This document shows, in pieces, positions 13,459-24,748 of a stretch of 64,000 nt of DNA. The notes under the pieces were generated by a model, which saw only the letters and a program-made list of their open reading frames with translations, was not told the origin of the DNA and ran no database searches. Source of the DNA: Acidobacteriota bacterium (GTDB taxonomy: Bacteria; Acidobacteriota; UBA890; WLXD01); NCBI GenBank assembly GCA_963666215.2, contig CAXWPL010000004.1:736001-800000 (forward strand), read 5' to 3'. Made by a program: the position numbers and the translations under genes. Numbering within the stretch: the first letter of the stretch is position 1; the number at the start of each line of letters is the position of its first letter.

Positions 13459-14172
13459 TCAGCTAATCGTTTCGCCGAGCTTGTCGAGGTACCGGCGCAT
13501 CAGCCGCTGCTGATCTTCCGCAGTGAAGTGGCGCTCCAGAAGACGAGCTGCAATGCCGATGACGTTGTCGGCCACATGGGTCTGCAGCTCGCGCCGCGAG
13601 CGCGCGACCTCCGAGCGCATGTCGCGCTGCGCCGACCCGCGGATGGCCTCCGCGGCCTCGGCGGCACGGCCCTCCGCACGCTGCCGATCGTTCTCCGCGT
13701 CGGTGTTGGCCTGTCCGAGTAGGGTCGTGATCTCGTTCTCCACGTTAGAAAGACGCTCCGCGCTCGCGGCGAGGCTGCTGGCTGTCTCCTCGCGCTGCTG
13801 CTTGGAAAGCGCGCGGGCGGCCACAATCGCGGCCGCCCGCTCGCCGAGGATCGGCTTGAGTCCGCGGAACTCGAAGTTCTCCACGACGAATGCAGGTGGC
13901 ACAACGAGCAACCAGTAGAGCAGCCCCACCAGCATGACGAAGTTGATCCATCGCTGGGCGTAAACCGTCCAGCTCAGACCCTGGTGCGCGGCCTCGGCCG
14001 CATGTTCGTCGCCACCAGCTGCATCGCCGTGGTCGTCCTGCTCGGCTGGTTCGGCGTGCTCCTGGGTCGACGCAGTGCTGAAACCGCCGGAGCCGCTCGC
14101 GTTCGTTTCAAGGCCAATTGCGCAAGCCACAGCAAGCAGTACGACGAGCAGGATGATTCGGGATCGGCCCAT
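13459..14172 (-). CDS. atpF: ATP synthase F0 subunit b with signal-like/His-acidic N-terminal extension
   Basis: WINFVMLVGLLYW transmembrane helix, coiled coil, C-terminal DQQRLMRRYL; directly upstream of atpH. Confidence 0.85.
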   Translation of the reverse strand: MGRSRIILLVVLLAVACAIGLETNASGSGGFSTASTQEHAEPAEQDDHGDAAGGDEHAAEAAHQGLSWTVYAQRWINFVMLVGLLYWLLVVPPAFVVENFEFRGLKPILGERAAAIVAARALSKQQREETASSLAASAERLSNVENEITTLLGQANTDAENDRQRAEGRAAEAAEAIRGSAQRDMRSEVARSRRELQTHVADNVIGIAARLLERHFTAEDQQRLMRRYLDKLGETIS

Positions 14173-14175
14173 TGG

Positions 14176-14625
14176 TCAGCCGCCTCCCCCGCTCGTCACC
14201 GGGCGGCCGAGCAGACGTTCGCCGATTTGAGCCGCGATCTCCTCGGCCTGCGACTCGAGCTCGGTGTGCGCCTTTGCCACATCAGCGGCGATTTGCTCCT
14301 TGGCGGCAGCAATTTCCGCGGCCGCCTCCTGGCGGGCCTCGGCGAGCAGTTCCTCGCGCTTGGCGCGCGCTTCTTGCTGCGCCTGCTCGCGGATGGCGAA
14401 GGCCTCCTTGCGGCCCACCACGAGGCGAGTCTCTATTTCCTCGAGGCGCTTCTGCTGCTCGCGCTGCGCCGCCTCGAAGCTCTGGCGTGCGCCGTCGATC
14501 TCCGCCTGGCGCTTCTCGAGGATCTCGCCCAAGGGCGTGAAGAGCCACCGGTTGAGGATGAAGACCAGCAGAACGACAGCCGCCGCTACGGCCACTATCG
14601 TTGGCGGGTGTGGGAAGTTCTCCAT
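14176..14625 (-). CDS. ATP synthase F0 subunit b'
   Basis: N-terminal TM helix, LFTPLGEILEKRQAEI, coiled coil, ERLLGR. Confidence 0.88.
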   Translation of the reverse strand: MENFPHPPTIVAVAAAVVLLVFILNRWLFTPLGEILEKRQAEIDGARQSFEAAQREQQKRLEEIETRLVVGRKEAFAIREQAQQEARAKREELLAEARQEAAAEIAAAKEQIAADVAKAHTELESQAEEIAAQIGERLLGRPVTSGGGG

Positions 14626-14871
14626 GCCTGTTCAGTCTCGAAGCCCCGCGTGCGCATCGCGACGCTCGCAGGACGTTCAGCAAGAGCGGACGCCCGGCGC
14701 AGGACGGGCGGCGTGGCCATGCTAGGTAGGTTGCCGCAGTCTATGGCTGGCGAGGGGGTTGCGTGAGCCGCTATTCAACGGAGGACGCACGAGTCAAAAC
14801 AGAAACGCGGCGGCGAGATGGGCCGCGGGTTGGGTTGATCGACGCCTGGCTAGTACGGAATTCCAGCGCGG

Positions 14872-15261
14872 CTATTCCAGCGCGGCGATGACCTTGTTGA
14901 GCTCGCCCGCCACGTGAGAGCGACACCGTTCATCGACGACGGATTCTATCAGCCGTGTCGAAAGATCGGCAAGCGAGCGAACCATCGCTCCCTGGACCAC
15001 CGACTCGAGCTCTTCTTGCGGGCTGTTGGTCTCGATCTCGAGCTGCGCCTCCCACTTTTCTCCGGCGCGCTCGTCCACGCTGACGCTGTAGACCGAACCC
15101 TCCTTGCGGTACTCGTAGACGTTGGGCGTGACGGGGCCTGCCAGTCCGACCTCGAGGTGGTAGTCGTGGCGCTCGAGGGCAACGCCGAATGCAGTACGGA
15201 TGAGGTCAACGAAATGCTCGTTGCCCAGATACCTGTAGGTGGGTTCCAAATCCCTGCTCAT
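14872..15261 (-). CDS. Hypothetical protein (129 aa)
   Basis: GAGG RBS, protein-like composition, same strand as neighbours. Confidence 0.65.
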   Translation of the reverse strand: MSRDLEPTYRYLGNEHFVDLIRTAFGVALERHDYHLEVGLAGPVTPNVYEYRKEGSVYSVSVDERAGEKWEAQLEIETNSPQEELESVVQGAMVRSLADLSTRLIESVVDERCRSHVAGELNKVIAALE

Positions 15262-15286
15262 GCTGCCCTCATTAGGTCGCGCGATC

Positions 15287-15994
15287 CTACGCGGCAGTCT
15301 TCTCTTTCAATCCCGAGCCGCCCTTTTCGAAGGCGGACACGAGGATGATGGGTGCCAGCATCGTCGTCACGATGGTCATCAGGATCGATCCGCCGAAGAT
15401 CGCCGTGTCGATCAGCCCTTCGGCGATGCCGACACCGGCGATGATCAGCGCCACCTCGCCACGCCCTCGGGGGTGTCCAAACGCCGAATATCGGAGAGGA
15501 CGCGGGCCGTGATGCCGAACGAAGTCGCCACCATGATCGAGCCCACGAACAGCGCGCTGCCGCTCATGTAGGTGTCGGCATAGCCAAACCACACCGTGGC
15601 GACAACGCCGAAGACAAACGGCAGGATGACGCCGCCAAGGGCAATGACCGTTGCGGGGCCGGCGTACTTCAGGAAGCTGGGTAGATCGGTCTCGAGGCCC
15701 GCCATGAACAGCAAGATAATGGCGGCCACTTGGGCAAAGGCCCACAGCTCGTTGGAAACTGGGATCGTTGCGCCCTCGTGGAGCTCGAAAAGAGCGCCTT
15801 CCATACCCGGCAGGTGAATCATGCTGCCGAGAGCGTAGGGCCCGATAATCATGCCCGCTGTAAGCTCGCCCAGGACGCTCGGCTGCTTGAGATAGCGCTC
15901 AACGAGCTCGCCGCAAATCTTCGCGGCGATGATGATCACCCCGAGCTGCAGCGCGAACTCGGATGACGAGTGCGGTAATGCCGCCGTGCTCCAC
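15287..15994 (-). pseudogene. Cation:proton antiporter (CPA2/NapA-like), frameshifted and internally deleted
   Basis: GGAGG RBS + GTG at 15994; frameshift near 15961; QPSVLGELTAGMIIGP, LFMAGLETD, ATSFGITARVL, then a jump to the C-terminal RGEVALIIAGVG in another frame near 15460. Confidence 0.85.
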
Positions 15995-16143
15995 CGCTTA
16001 TCCTCCCGTTCGTGCGTGCAACCGAGCCGACCCGTGGGGCCGCTTGAACCGAGCGGGCAACTTAGCAACCACCCGTAGGACGGTCAACCAAGCCCCGTGG
16101 TCAATGCAGATGGCAACAGAACAAGTCGTTTATTTACAGCAAC

Positions 16144-16587
16144 TTATGTTCTGTTCGCGATCGTCTCTCCAACCACGCCTGGGGTCCCGGGAAGCTTCGC
16201 TGGCGCCGGTTTCGGGGCCTTCTTCGGGGCCTCTTTCGGGGCGGGCTCCGGTGCTGAACTCGGCATGTCGCAATGGCCCTGGAAGAAAGCGCCCTTTTCG
16301 ATAGCGAATCGCGGCGAGCGCACGTCGGCCTCGACGCTGCCGCCCGAGTGCACCGTAACCCTGCCGGTGGCTGTTATCTGCCCGCGGAGCGTTCCGTGCA
16401 CCGACAGCTCGCCCACATGAACCTCGGCATCAACGCGCGCTTTGGGACCGAGAATGAGCTTCGCGGACGACTCGATCTTGCCGCTGAACTCGCCGTCGAT
16501 CTGCACGACGCCATCGAAGCGCAGGGTTCCCTTGACCTTGAGGCCCTCTCCAAGCCGGCCCTCGCGATTGCCGTTGCTGGTGTTCAT
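16144..16587 (-). CDS. Bactofilin (polymer-forming cytoskeletal protein)
   Basis: LGEGLKVKGTL...IDGEFSGKI...IEKGAFFQGHC beta-solenoid pattern; Pro/Lys-rich tail; overlaps parB stop. Confidence 0.9.
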   Translation of the reverse strand: MNTSNGNREGRLGEGLKVKGTLRFDGVVQIDGEFSGKIESSAKLILGPKARVDAEVHVGELSVHGTLRGQITATGRVTVHSGGSVEADVRSPRFAIEKGAFFQGHCDMPSSAPEPAPKEAPKKAPKPAPAKLPGTPGVVGETIANRT

Positions 16588-17450
16588 CGGACGACTCCTG
16601 TTCGATCAAGCAATAGGTCGTAAAGACGGTCGAGTTCTTCAAGTGAGGCGAACCGGATCTCGATCCGCCCTTTCTCCTTGCCCTGAATTCTCACGCCGGT
16701 ACCAAGCGCGCGCTTCAGCTGGTTCTCGGCCGCGATCGTGTCGGGATCTCGCACGGCGCCGGTGGCGCTCTGGGGCGGCCTCCCGGCCGCGCGGACGCGC
16801 GACTCTGCTTCGCGGACACTCAGAGACCGCAACACGATCTCGTCGGCCAGGCGCACCTGGAAGGTCGGGTCGGCGGCGCCCAGCAGCGCGCGTGCGTGAC
16901 CCATGGTCAGCTCGCCAGCAACGATTCGCCGTTGTACAGGCTCGGGGAGCCGAAGCAGCCGTAGGTAGTTCGCCACCGTCGATCGGTCGCGCCCCACGCG
17001 CTCCGCGATGTTCTCTTGAGTCATACCGGCTTCGGTCATCAGCCGACGGTAGGCCTCGGCCTCTTCAATGGGGTTGAGGTTCTGGCGCTGCAGGTTCTCG
17101 ACGAGTGCCAGCTCGAGTGATTCCTCGGGTGTGGCATCGCGGACCACAGCGGGAATCCGCCGCAGGCCAGCGCGCTGAGCCGCGCGCCAACGCCGCTCGC
17201 CGGCAATGAGCTCGTAGCCGCCCGCGACCCGGCGCACGACGACCGGCTGCAACACTCCATGTTCCCGGAGAGAAGACGCGATGCTGTCGAGGGCGTCGTT
17301 GTGAAAGGTCTCCCGTGGCTGACGGGGATTCGGGCGAATTTGATCGAGGTCGAGCTCGGCGAGCCGCGTCCCCTGTTCCGCCGCTGGCGGCGGCGTGGAC
17401 GCGCTGGGGATAAGCGCCTCAAGCCCGCGCCCAAGCGCTCTTCGTGCCAT
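16584..17450 (-). CDS. parB: Chromosome partitioning protein ParB
   Basis: [57 protein letters not shown]. Confidence 0.97.
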   Translation of the reverse strand: MARRALGRGLEALIPSASTPPPAAEQGTRLAELDLDQIRPNPRQPRETFHNDALDSIASSLREHGVLQPVVVRRVAGGYELIAGERRWRAAQRAGLRRIPAVVRDATPEESLELALVENLQRQNLNPIEEAEAYRRLMTEAGMTQENIAERVGRDRSTVANYLRLLRLPEPVQRRIVAGELTMGHARALLGAADPTFQVRLADEIVLRSLSVREAESRVRAAGRPPQSATGAVRDPDTIAAENQLKRALGTGVRIQGKEKGRIEIRFASLEELDRLYDLLLDRTGVVR

Positions 17451-18204
17451 GACTGACTACCTCCCGCATGAGCTTCAAGTAGGCCTGTGCTCCGCTCGAA
17501 CGCAGATCGTACAGGATGATGGGCTTGCCGAAGCTCGGCGCCTCGCCAAGGCGGACGTTGCGCGGAATGACGGTCTCGAAGACTTTGCCCGGAAAATGCG
17601 CCCTTACGTCTTCTGCCACCTGCTGCGCCAGGTTGAGTCGTTCGTCGAACATCGTGAGAAGGATGCCGCCGAGCTCGAGCGTTGGGTTGAGGTGGGTGCG
17701 CACGCGCTCGGCCGTGTCGATGAGATAGCTGAGACCCTCCAGAGCGAAGTACTCGCATTGGGTTGGAACAATGTAGCTGTCGGCGGCGACCAGAGCGTTG
17801 AGCGTGAGCACGCCCAGAGACGGCGGGCTGTCGATAAAGATGTAGTCGTACTTGTGGCGCTCGGGCGCCAGGGCGTCTCGTAGCAGCTTCGAGCGGTTGT
17901 CGTCGTCGATCAGCTCGACCTCGGCGCCAACCAGCGCGCGCGCGGAGGGCACCACCCAGAGCCCCTCCAAACAGGCGGGCAGAATGGCGGCCGACAGCGG
18001 CACCGACCCGCTGAGCACCTCGTAAACGGTCGGCGCGCCGTCGGGTACGTCAACGCCCACCCCGCTCGTCGCGTTGGCTTGCGGATCCAAGTCGATCAGC
18101 AGAACTTTCAAGTCGGCAGCCGCGATCGTCGCGGCCAAGTTGATCGCGGTGGTGGTCTTCCCGACGCCACCTTTTTGGTTCGCGATCGCGATCGACTTGC
18201 TCAT
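17419..18204 (-). CDS. parA: Chromosome partitioning ATPase ParA/Soj
   Basis: [40 protein letters not shown]; true start MSKSIA at 18204. Confidence 0.97.
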   Translation of the reverse strand: MSKSIAIANQKGGVGKTTTAINLAATIAAADLKVLLIDLDPQANATSGVGVDVPDGAPTVYEVLSGSVPLSAAILPACLEGLWVVPSARALVGAEVELIDDDNRSKLLRDALAPERHKYDYIFIDSPPSLGVLTLNALVAADSYIVPTQCEYFALEGLSYLIDTAERVRTHLNPTLELGGILLTMFDERLNLAQQVAEDVRAHFPGKVFETVIPRNVRLGEAPSFGKPIILYDLRSSGAQAYLKLMREVVSHGTKSAWARA

Positions 18205-18491
18205 CTGGCTGTTGCGACTCGCTGCTGTCGGAGCGCCGCTGCCGCGGCTGGCTCCAGTGGCCCGACTCAGGCGGAACGGCGCGACATGGCGCGCCCTGAC
18301 GCCGCCGGGCACAACGACGGTCGAGGTCGTGCGACTCCGTTGGCGCTGAGGCGCGCCAGCGTACCACGGGAGGGTGTCTAGCCCGCTGTCTGTAGGCGCC
18401 GCGGCTCGGCAAGCGGAAGGGTGCCGCGCGAGCGACCACGAGACACGCGAGCGTCGAGGACGACTGTCGTTGGCGACGCAGAATCGGCGGG

Positions 18492-18507
18492 CGTTCCACG
18501 TGGAACG
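18492..18507. promoter_or_regulatory. parS site 1 (CGTTCCACGTGGAACG)
   Basis: Perfect 16-bp palindrome matching the parS consensus, upstream of parA. Confidence 0.93.
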
Positions 18508-18538
18508 TCGGTCGGTCGCAACGCTCTTGATCTGCCGG

Positions 18539-18554
18539 TGTTCCACGTGGAACA
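18539..18554. promoter_or_regulatory. parS site 2 (TGTTCCACGTGGAACA)
   Basis: Perfect 16-bp parS consensus palindrome. Confidence 0.95.
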
Positions 18555-18601
18555 CCCACGTCCTCGGCCTGGCGCGTGAATCCGGAGCGCGTTGGGTGTC
18601 G

Positions 18602-19297
18602 CTACGCCGGCAGCTCCAGCGACATCACGACACCGTGCCGTAGGTGCGGCAGCTTCAGTACCCTGCGGGTTCGCCATCCGGCTCGCGACGCAGCGCTCCA
18701 TGGCCCCGAGCTCACCGCGGCCCCAGAGCCCAGGTGCCGATTCACCTCGCGCAGCTGTTCCTGTCCGATAAACAGGATCGCGCGCGCTCCGGGGTGCATG
18801 AGTCTCGGGCCCACGCCCAGGAGCCCGGCCCAGTCGCTCCAGGCTCTTGCAGTCAACACGTTGACAGCCCCGAGGTCGGTATCCTCGCCGAGACTGGTCA
18901 GCTGTGCCTCGAACCTGCCGGCTATGACGTGGACATCGTCCAGAGCCAATGTTTCGGCGAGCTCACACAGGAAGTCCGCCTTGCGCTGGTTGGACTCCAC
19001 CAGGATCAACCGCTTGTCGGGCTGGAGTATCTTGAACGGCACGCCCGGGATGCCGGCGCCGGCACCCACGTCGAGAAGAGTCGGACCGGCACCATCGAGC
19101 AGGCTCAGCGCCATCGCCGGCTCGACGAAATGCCTCAACACAACCGTCGGGCGCTCGCGGATCGCGGTCAGGCTAACCGCCCGGTTCCAGCGCTCGAGCA
19201 GTGACAAGTAGTCCGCGAACTGCTCGATTTGCTCCGGCTGCACCCGCACGTCGAAACGCCGGAAGCCGTCCAGGACTTCGTTGATCTCCGCCGACAT
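18602..19297 (-). CDS. rsmG: 16S rRNA m7G527 methyltransferase RsmG (GidB)
   Basis: [36 protein letters not shown]; upstream of parA. Confidence 0.92.
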   Translation of the reverse strand: MSAEINEVLDGFRRFDVRVQPEQIEQFADYLSLLERWNRAVSLTAIRERPTVVLRHFVEPAMALSLLDGAGPTLLDVGAGAGIPGVPFKILQPDKRLILVESNQRKADFLCELAETLALDDVHVIAGRFEAQLTSLGEDTDLGAVNVLTARAWSDWAGLLGVGPRLMHPGARAILFIGQEQLREVNRHLGSGAAVSSGPWSAASRAGWRTRRVLKLPHLRHGVVMSLELPA

Positions 19298-19330
19298 CGT
19301 CGTCGAACCCGCGCCGTCTTGGGCCGACGA

Positions 19331-20407
19331 CTATCGCCGCGGGCCGCGGCCGGAGTCGATCGGGATGACACTGACAGCCTTCAGAAAGCCTGTGCCCTCA
19401 CTTCGTGTGCTGACCTGCGGGTCGTCGGCGAGTGTGAGATGGACGATACGACGCTCATAGGAGTTGAGCGGCCGTGTTTGTTGGGGCCGCTCAGTTTGCT
19501 TGGCTTGGTGCGAAACCTGAAACGCCAAATCGCGAATCTCGTCTTCGCGCTGCGAGCGGAAATCACCGGCATCGACGCGGATCTTTGCCCGGCCTTGCGC
19601 CGGATGATGCCGGAAGGCGTGATTCAGAATGAGCTCGATCGCCGCCAGGCCGCGACCGCGTCCTTCGATCAGGTACTGATTGTCCTCGCCTGTAATCGCC
19701 ACCTGCAACAGATCGCCCTCGCTCTGCGTCGCAGCCTGACAATCGAATTCCATCGACTTGAAGATGGTCTCGAGGAGCGCGGAGACCTGGGTCTCGAGTT
19801 CCTCCGTGGCGCCATCCGGCTGCGCCACGCTCGCGTTCGGTGTTGGCCCCGCGGAATCCGCCAGGCCCTTTTCCTCGCCCTCTCCGACCGCGTCGTCCTC
19901 AGATACCGTCGCTTCTCTGTCTGAAGCGATCGAATCGCCAGACTCGACGTCAGCGCCGGGTGCCGGAAACTCCCAGTCGATCGCCGCTGAACCTTCTGCC
20001 TGCGAGGCTTCGGTGCTCGATTCGGCGGCGGACGGCGCAGCGCTCGCCGCTGCGGCGCCGGCCGCCACGATCTCTGAATCGGACGCTTCCGCCGCTTGCG
20101 CGCTGTCAGAGCTCGCCGAGGAAGCCCGGACGTCAGAGTCGGCGGCGGCCTCAGCCTCTGCCGACTCCGCTGCTGATTCTTCCGGTTCTTCCGGCGTGAG
20201 GACCACCGGCTCCGGCTCTGCATCGTCGGGCGCGCTGACTGCCTCTACCCAGGCCCGGATCGTGACGACGGACTCGCCGCCACCCCAGAAATCCTGCGCA
20301 GCCTCCTGTACCTCGTGCTGCAGCGAGCTCGGCTCGACATCGAACTCGGCTGCTGCCTTGTCGAGCGCCTCTTGCAGCGTCGAGCCTTCGAAGATCTTGT
20401 CATTCAT
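19331..20407 (-). CDS. jag: Jag/KhpB RNA-binding protein (Jag_N, long acidic linker, KH, R3H)
   Basis: EGSTLQEALDKAA; LNSYERRIVHLTL R3H motif; STRSEGTG; downstream of yidC. Confidence 0.9.
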   Translation of the reverse strand: MNDKIFEGSTLQEALDKAAAEFDVEPSSLQHEVQEAAQDFWGGGESVVTIRAWVEAVSAPDDAEPEPVVLTPEEPEESAAESAEAEAAADSDVRASSASSDSAQAAEASDSEIVAAGAAAASAAPSAAESSTEASQAEGSAAIDWEFPAPGADVESGDSIASDREATVSEDDAVGEGEEKGLADSAGPTPNASVAQPDGATEELETQVSALLETIFKSMEFDCQAATQSEGDLLQVAITGEDNQYLIEGRGRGLAAIELILNHAFRHHPAQGRAKIRVDAGDFRSQREDEIRDLAFQVSHQAKQTERPQQTRPLNSYERRIVHLTLADDPQVSTRSEGTGFLKAVSVIPIDSGRGPRR

Positions 20408-22166
20408 CTTGCTTGCCTTTCTTGCGCCGCTTGCCCTTTGGGGCCGGCTTGTCCGCGCTAACACGGCCGTCCACGTGCCGATTCGTGAATTGTTGTTGCA
20501 CGATTCCAAGGAGGTTGTTGACGAACCAGTACAAAACCAGTCCGCTCGCTGCGTAGAGGAAGAGCGCCGTGAACATGATCGGCATGAACTTCGTCATCAT
20601 CGCCTGCGTCGGATTGCCGCCGCTCGGCGTCGGTGACATCCGGCTCTGCGCCACCATCGCGCCGCCCATCAGCAGCGGCAGCACAAAATACGGGTCGTGC
20701 TGCGACAAGTCTTGAATCCAGCCGAAGAAAGGTGCGCCGCGGAGCTCGATCGCCACGGCCAGAAGCGCGTACATCGCCAGCAACAGCGGAAACTGCATCA
20801 GCATCGGCACGCAACCACCAACCGGCGAGACGCCTTCCTGCTTGTAGAGCGCCATCATTTCCTGCTGCATGCGCTGCTTTTTCTCGAGGTCCTTGCTGCC
20901 CTTGTATTTGTTCTGGATCGCCTGGACCTGCGGCTGAATCTTCTGCATTTTCCGCATCGACGTCATGAACTTGTGATTCAGCGGAAACAGCGCGATGCGC
21001 AGCACGAGCGTGAGCAGGATGATGGCGATCCCGTAGTTGCTGACGAAGCCGTGGATCAGGTTCAGCAACAGCAGGAGCGGGCGGGCCACGAAACCCCACA
21101 TGCCGAACCCGATCGCGGTTTGCAGACCATGTCCGTGCTCGCCGAGCACGGAGTAGCGCTTCGGGCCCAGGTAGATCGGTATCTCGAGGCCACCGGGCGG
21201 AACCTCCAAGGCGAGGCGGGCGCGCAGCGGCTCGGCCGGAACCTGGTCCTCGTCTGCCTCGGGCGGCGTTATATCGATGTGGTCGAGACGAAGGCTGACG
21301 GGCTGATTCGGCAGGAACGCGCTGAGAAAATAGCCGCTCTCCACGCCGGCCCATTCCACCAATCCTTGACGCGCCACAGGCTCCGCGAGATCGGCAGGCG
21401 TCAAGCGCTCGACGTCGCCGGTCACGGCGACAGCGGCACCCCTCACCAGATAAGCGTTTCGCCGGCCCGCGGTCACCGGCTCGTCGAGGCCCGGACCAAG
21501 CGCCACGAAAACCGGACCCCCGTCGGGAGCCTGGGCGCGCAGGAGCAAGCGAACCTCGAAGCCGCTTGCAGAGAACTCGAGAGTCTTTTCGATGGACCAA
21601 CCGTCCTGCTCCGCCCAGCGGTAGGCCAATGAGACCGGCGCCGTGGTCGACCTCTCGGTCTCGCCTGTGACGGCGCCCTCCTGGAAGAAGAGTGCGGCGT
21701 TGGCTCGCGCCGCCAACTGCGGGCGACCGGGCGTGACGATCTCGAGCGGTAGGTAGCCGGCATCGGCGACGCTCGCAGCAACCAGATCGAGCGGCACGCC
21801 CGCGGTCGCATTCTCGGGAATTACAAAAGAGCTCAGCCGCGCGCCAACGTTCGTGACAACTGCCGAATAGTCGCGCGATTCGACGATCGTCCGCACGCTA
21901 GTATCGGCCCCGATCGCCCCTGCTGGCGGGGGCTCCACACTCGCCGCCGGGGGAGTGGTGTCCAATGGCACGGCCCCTGACGCTGCTTCCGCGGGTCCGG
22001 GATCCGGCGACACCTGGTCGAACTGGCCCTCCGCGGCTGGAAGTGGTGGTGGCGGTGGCGGCTGGAAGAAGTACTGATACACGGTCAGCACGAGCATCGA
22101 CAGCACGATCGCGAGCAACGCCCGCACTTCCATCCGAGGCTCGTTGTCGCCCGGCAGATTACTCAT
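20400..22166 (-). CDS. yidC: Membrane protein insertase YidC
   Basis: [42 protein letters not shown]. Confidence 0.96.
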   Translation of the reverse strand: MSNLPGDNEPRMEVRALLAIVLSMLVLTVYQYFFQPPPPPPLPAAEGQFDQVSPDPGPAEAASGAVPLDTTPPAASVEPPPAGAIGADTSVRTIVESRDYSAVVTNVGARLSSFVIPENATAGVPLDLVAASVADAGYLPLEIVTPGRPQLAARANAALFFQEGAVTGETERSTTAPVSLAYRWAEQDGWSIEKTLEFSASGFEVRLLLRAQAPDGGPVFVALGPGLDEPVTAGRRNAYLVRGAAVAVTGDVERLTPADLAEPVARQGLVEWAGVESGYFLSAFLPNQPVSLRLDHIDITPPEADEDQVPAEPLRARLALEVPPGGLEIPIYLGPKRYSVLGEHGHGLQTAIGFGMWGFVARPLLLLLNLIHGFVSNYGIAIILLTLVLRIALFPLNHKFMTSMRKMQKIQPQVQAIQNKYKGSKDLEKKQRMQQEMMALYKQEGVSPVGGCVPMLMQFPLLLAMYALLAVAIELRGAPFFGWIQDLSQHDPYFVLPLLMGGAMVAQSRMSPTPSGGNPTQAMMTKFMPIMFTALFLYAASGLVLYWFVNNLLGIVQQQFTNRHVDGRVSADKPAPKGKRRKKGKQDE

Positions 22167-22428
22167 GTTTGCTGTCGCCCCCACAACCGCCCACGTGGAC
22201 TCGAGGCACGGGGTCGAAGCCGGCGGCGCCCAGCGGATGGCAGCGCGAAAGCCGCCTTACCGCTAGCCAGAGTCCGTGCGCCGCGCCGTGTTCGCCCACG
22301 GCCTCGCGCGCGTACTGCGAACAGCCGGGCACGAAGCGGCACTGGCCACCGAGAAACGGTGAGAGCGCGGCCTGATAGCCAGCCAAGAGCCCGTCCACAA
22401 GAGCAACAGCCGGCGACCGACGTTTCAC
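22159..22428 (-). CDS. yidD: Membrane protein insertion efficiency factor YidD
   Basis: [31 protein letters not shown]; GTG start overlaps rnpA stop. Confidence 0.93.
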   Translation of the reverse strand: MKRRSPAVALVDGLLAGYQAALSPFLGGQCRFVPGCSQYAREAVGEHGAAHGLWLAVRRLSRCHPLGAAGFDPVPRVHVGGCGGDSKHE

Positions 22429-22793
22429 GACGCACGAGCCTCCACAAGAACTTCCCGGATTGTGCGCTCGAGCTCCGGAGCTAGCTGCTTCGGGCTCATT
22501 TCGAGTAACGATGGGCGCACCACCACCACGAAGTCGTAACCTCCGGGCAGTTGCTGCCGGAAGGTGCGGAAGGCCTCTTTGATCACCCGACGGGCTCGAT
22601 TTCTGACAGGGCTGTTGCCGATCTTGCGTGTTGCGGTAACGCCGAGCCTGGTCGTTTGAAGCTCGTTGCAACGAACGAAAAGGATGAAGGGGCGGCGGAC
22701 CACTTTGATGCCGTCGCGATAGGCCCCCTCGAAATCAGGCCTGCGACGCAGACGAGCGCTTCGCGGCAGCCGCAGACGCTCAGTGGACGCCAC
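22425..22793 (-). CDS. rnpA: Ribonuclease P protein component
   Basis: [28 protein letters not shown] (RNR motif). Confidence 0.95.
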   Translation of the reverse strand: MASTERLRLPRSARLRRRPDFEGAYRDGIKVVRRPFILFVRCNELQTTRLGVTATRKIGNSPVRNRARRVIKEAFRTFRQQLPGGYDFVVVVRPSLLEMSPKQLAPELERTIREVLVEARAS

Positions 22794-22812
22794 TCTAGCG
22801 ACCGGGTGGCGA

Positions 22813-22950
22813 TCAGGAAGGAGCCAGGCTCTTGCGGCCCTTGCGACGACGTCTGCGGATCACCGCTCGGCCGGCCCGCGTTTTCATGCGAGCGCGGAAA
22901 CCGTGTACCTTGCGGCGACGCCGACGGTTCGGCTGGAATGTGCGTTTCAT
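22813..22950 (-). CDS. rpmH: 50S ribosomal protein L34 (45 aa; absent from ORF track)
   Basis: Manual translation [45 protein letters not shown]. Confidence 0.97.
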   Translation of the reverse strand: MKRTFQPNRRRRRKVHGFRARMKTRAGRAVIRRRRRKGRKSLAPS

Positions 22951-23231
22951 GGCTGGGACTGCGTGGGGGGCCGCACGTCGAGAGGGTGTCCGTCGAGTAG
23001 GGCGGCTCGGGGCGCAACGCGAGGGTAATCCTCGGCCACAAGCGATTGAAGTTATTGCTTTCTTCTTGAAACGTCAAGTCGCGAAAACGGTCCCTGGCAG
23101 CCGGATCTCTGTTCATTAATGTTCAGCGCGGCGAGTTTGTCTGCCCTCAAAATGCCGTGCTATAGTCCGCCAGCTCACGGCAACACCGCCTCGCCTCGGT
23201 CGACGTGCCGCTGACAGCAAGCAGCGTAACT

Positions 23232-23288
23232 GCTTCCACACGCTGCACTTACAGTGTTTTCAATAACTGTGGAAACTCTTGTGGAAAA
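23232..23288. promoter_or_regulatory. DnaA boxes upstream of dnaA (oriC part 1 / autoregulation)
   Basis: GCTTCCACA 23232-23240, TGTGGAAAC 23268-23276, TGTGGAAAA 23280-23288; extended -10 TGCTATAGT at 23158-23166. Confidence 0.75.
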
Positions 23289-23386
23289 CCTCCCGGGTGG
23301 AGTGCGTCTTCGATTGAGTTGCCTCGTCTCCAGCCGTTAAGCAAGAACACTCGCAAAGCCGCATCAGCGCAAGGACAACGACCGTA

Positions 23387-24748
23387 ATGGACCTCTGGGG
23401 GCGCACCCTCGAGCGCATCGCTTCGACCCTCGATGGACAGACCTACGAGACCTGGTTTGGCCCCACCGCGATGGCCAGCTGCAGCGATGGAACGTTGCTG
23501 GTGGGGGTGCCGAACAACCTTTTCCGCGATTGGCTTTCTGAGAACTACGGGCAGCTCATCCGCGACTGTCTCGAGCAAGAGACCACGCAACCTCTGTGTG
23601 TGGAGTTCATCGTTGCTCGCCGGGCAGCTTCCGCACCGAGTGTCCGTGACGACGAGAACCAGATACCGAGCAAGCTCGCGCCACCGCTGCTACAGCCCTC
23701 TAGCGTGCCCGCGCCGCGCCCGTGCCCGCCGACCTTCAACCCCGGGTACACGTTTTCCAGCTTCGTGGTCGGAACCTCGAATCAGCTCGCTCACGCCGCC
23801 GCCCGAGCGGTCGCCGAGAGCCCTTCAAAGGCCTACAACCCGCTGTTTCTCTATGGTGGCGTAGGTCTCGGAAAAACTCACCTGATGCTCGCGATTGGGC
23901 AGCACATCCGCGAGCAGTGGCCCGATCTGAGGATTGTCTACCTCTCCTCAGAGCGCTTCATGAACGAGTTGATCAACTCGATCCGCTACGACCGAACTCA
24001 TGAATTCCGCGATCGCTATCGGAACATCGACGTCCTCTTGATGGACGATATCCAGTTCCTGGCCGGCAAGGAACGAACCCAGGAGGAGTTCTTCCACACC
24101 TTCAACGCTCTACACGAGTCTCAGCGCCAGATCGTCGTCACCAGTGACGCGCCTCCTCACGCGATCCCTACACTCGAAGAACGGCTGCTCTCGCGATTCC
24201 AGTGGGGTCTGCTGGCCGACATCCAAGCGCCCGATCTGGAAACCAAGATCGCAATCCTCAAGAAAAAGGCGGCGGCGAAAGCTCCTTCCCTGCATCTTTC
24301 GGACGACGTTCTTCTTTTCGTCGCCAACGGCAGCCAGAACAACATCAGAGAGCTCGAAGGAGCCCTCATCCGGCTGATCGCCTACGGCTCACTCGAGAAT
24401 CGCGAGCTCACCCTCGAGATGGCCAAACACGTGCTTCGCGACACCCTTCGCGCGCACGAGCGCGCAGTTACCATCGAGGACATCCAGCGACGTGTCACCG
24501 AGTACTATGGGCTCCGCCCAGGCGAGCTGAGCACGCGAACGAACGCGAGGCGAATCACTCACCCGAGGCAGGTAGCAATGTACTTGTCTCGGCAGCTAAC
24601 GGGCCATTCAACCACGGAAATAGGGCGCGCCTTCGGAGGAAAGCACCACACGACAGTTCTGCACTCTCTCAAGAAGATCGAGCGCAACATCTCTCTCGAC
24701 GCCGAGCTCCAGCGGGGGATCAATACGCTTCGTGACGCCCTTCTCTAA
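23387..24748 (+). CDS. dnaA: Chromosomal replication initiator DnaA
   Basis: YNPLFLYGGVGLGKTHL, DDIQFLAGKERTQEEFFHTFN, PRQVAMYL, HHTTVLHS. Confidence 0.99.
   Translation: MDLWGRTLERIASTLDGQTYETWFGPTAMASCSDGTLLVGVPNNLFRDWLSENYGQLIRDCLEQETTQPLCVEFIVARRAASAPSVRDDENQIPSKLAPPLLQPSSVPAPRPCPPTFNPGYTFSSFVVGTSNQLAHAAARAVAESPSKAYNPLFLYGGVGLGKTHLMLAIGQHIREQWPDLRIVYLSSERFMNELINSIRYDRTHEFRDRYRNIDVLLMDDIQFLAGKERTQEEFFHTFNALHESQRQIVVTSDAPPHAIPTLEERLLSRFQWGLLADIQAPDLETKIAILKKKAAAKAPSLHLSDDVLLFVANGSQNNIRELEGALIRLIAYGSLENRELTLEMAKHVLRDTLRAHERAVTIEDIQRRVTEYYGLRPGELSTRTNARRITHPRQVAMYLSRQLTGHSTTEIGRAFGGKHHTTVLHSLKKIERNISLDAELQRGINTLRDALL

Noticed and set aside
18205-18555. 117-aa N-terminal extension of ParA beginning MFHVEH
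   Set aside because: MFHVEH is the translation of the parS palindrome; ParA homology starts at MSKSIA (18204).
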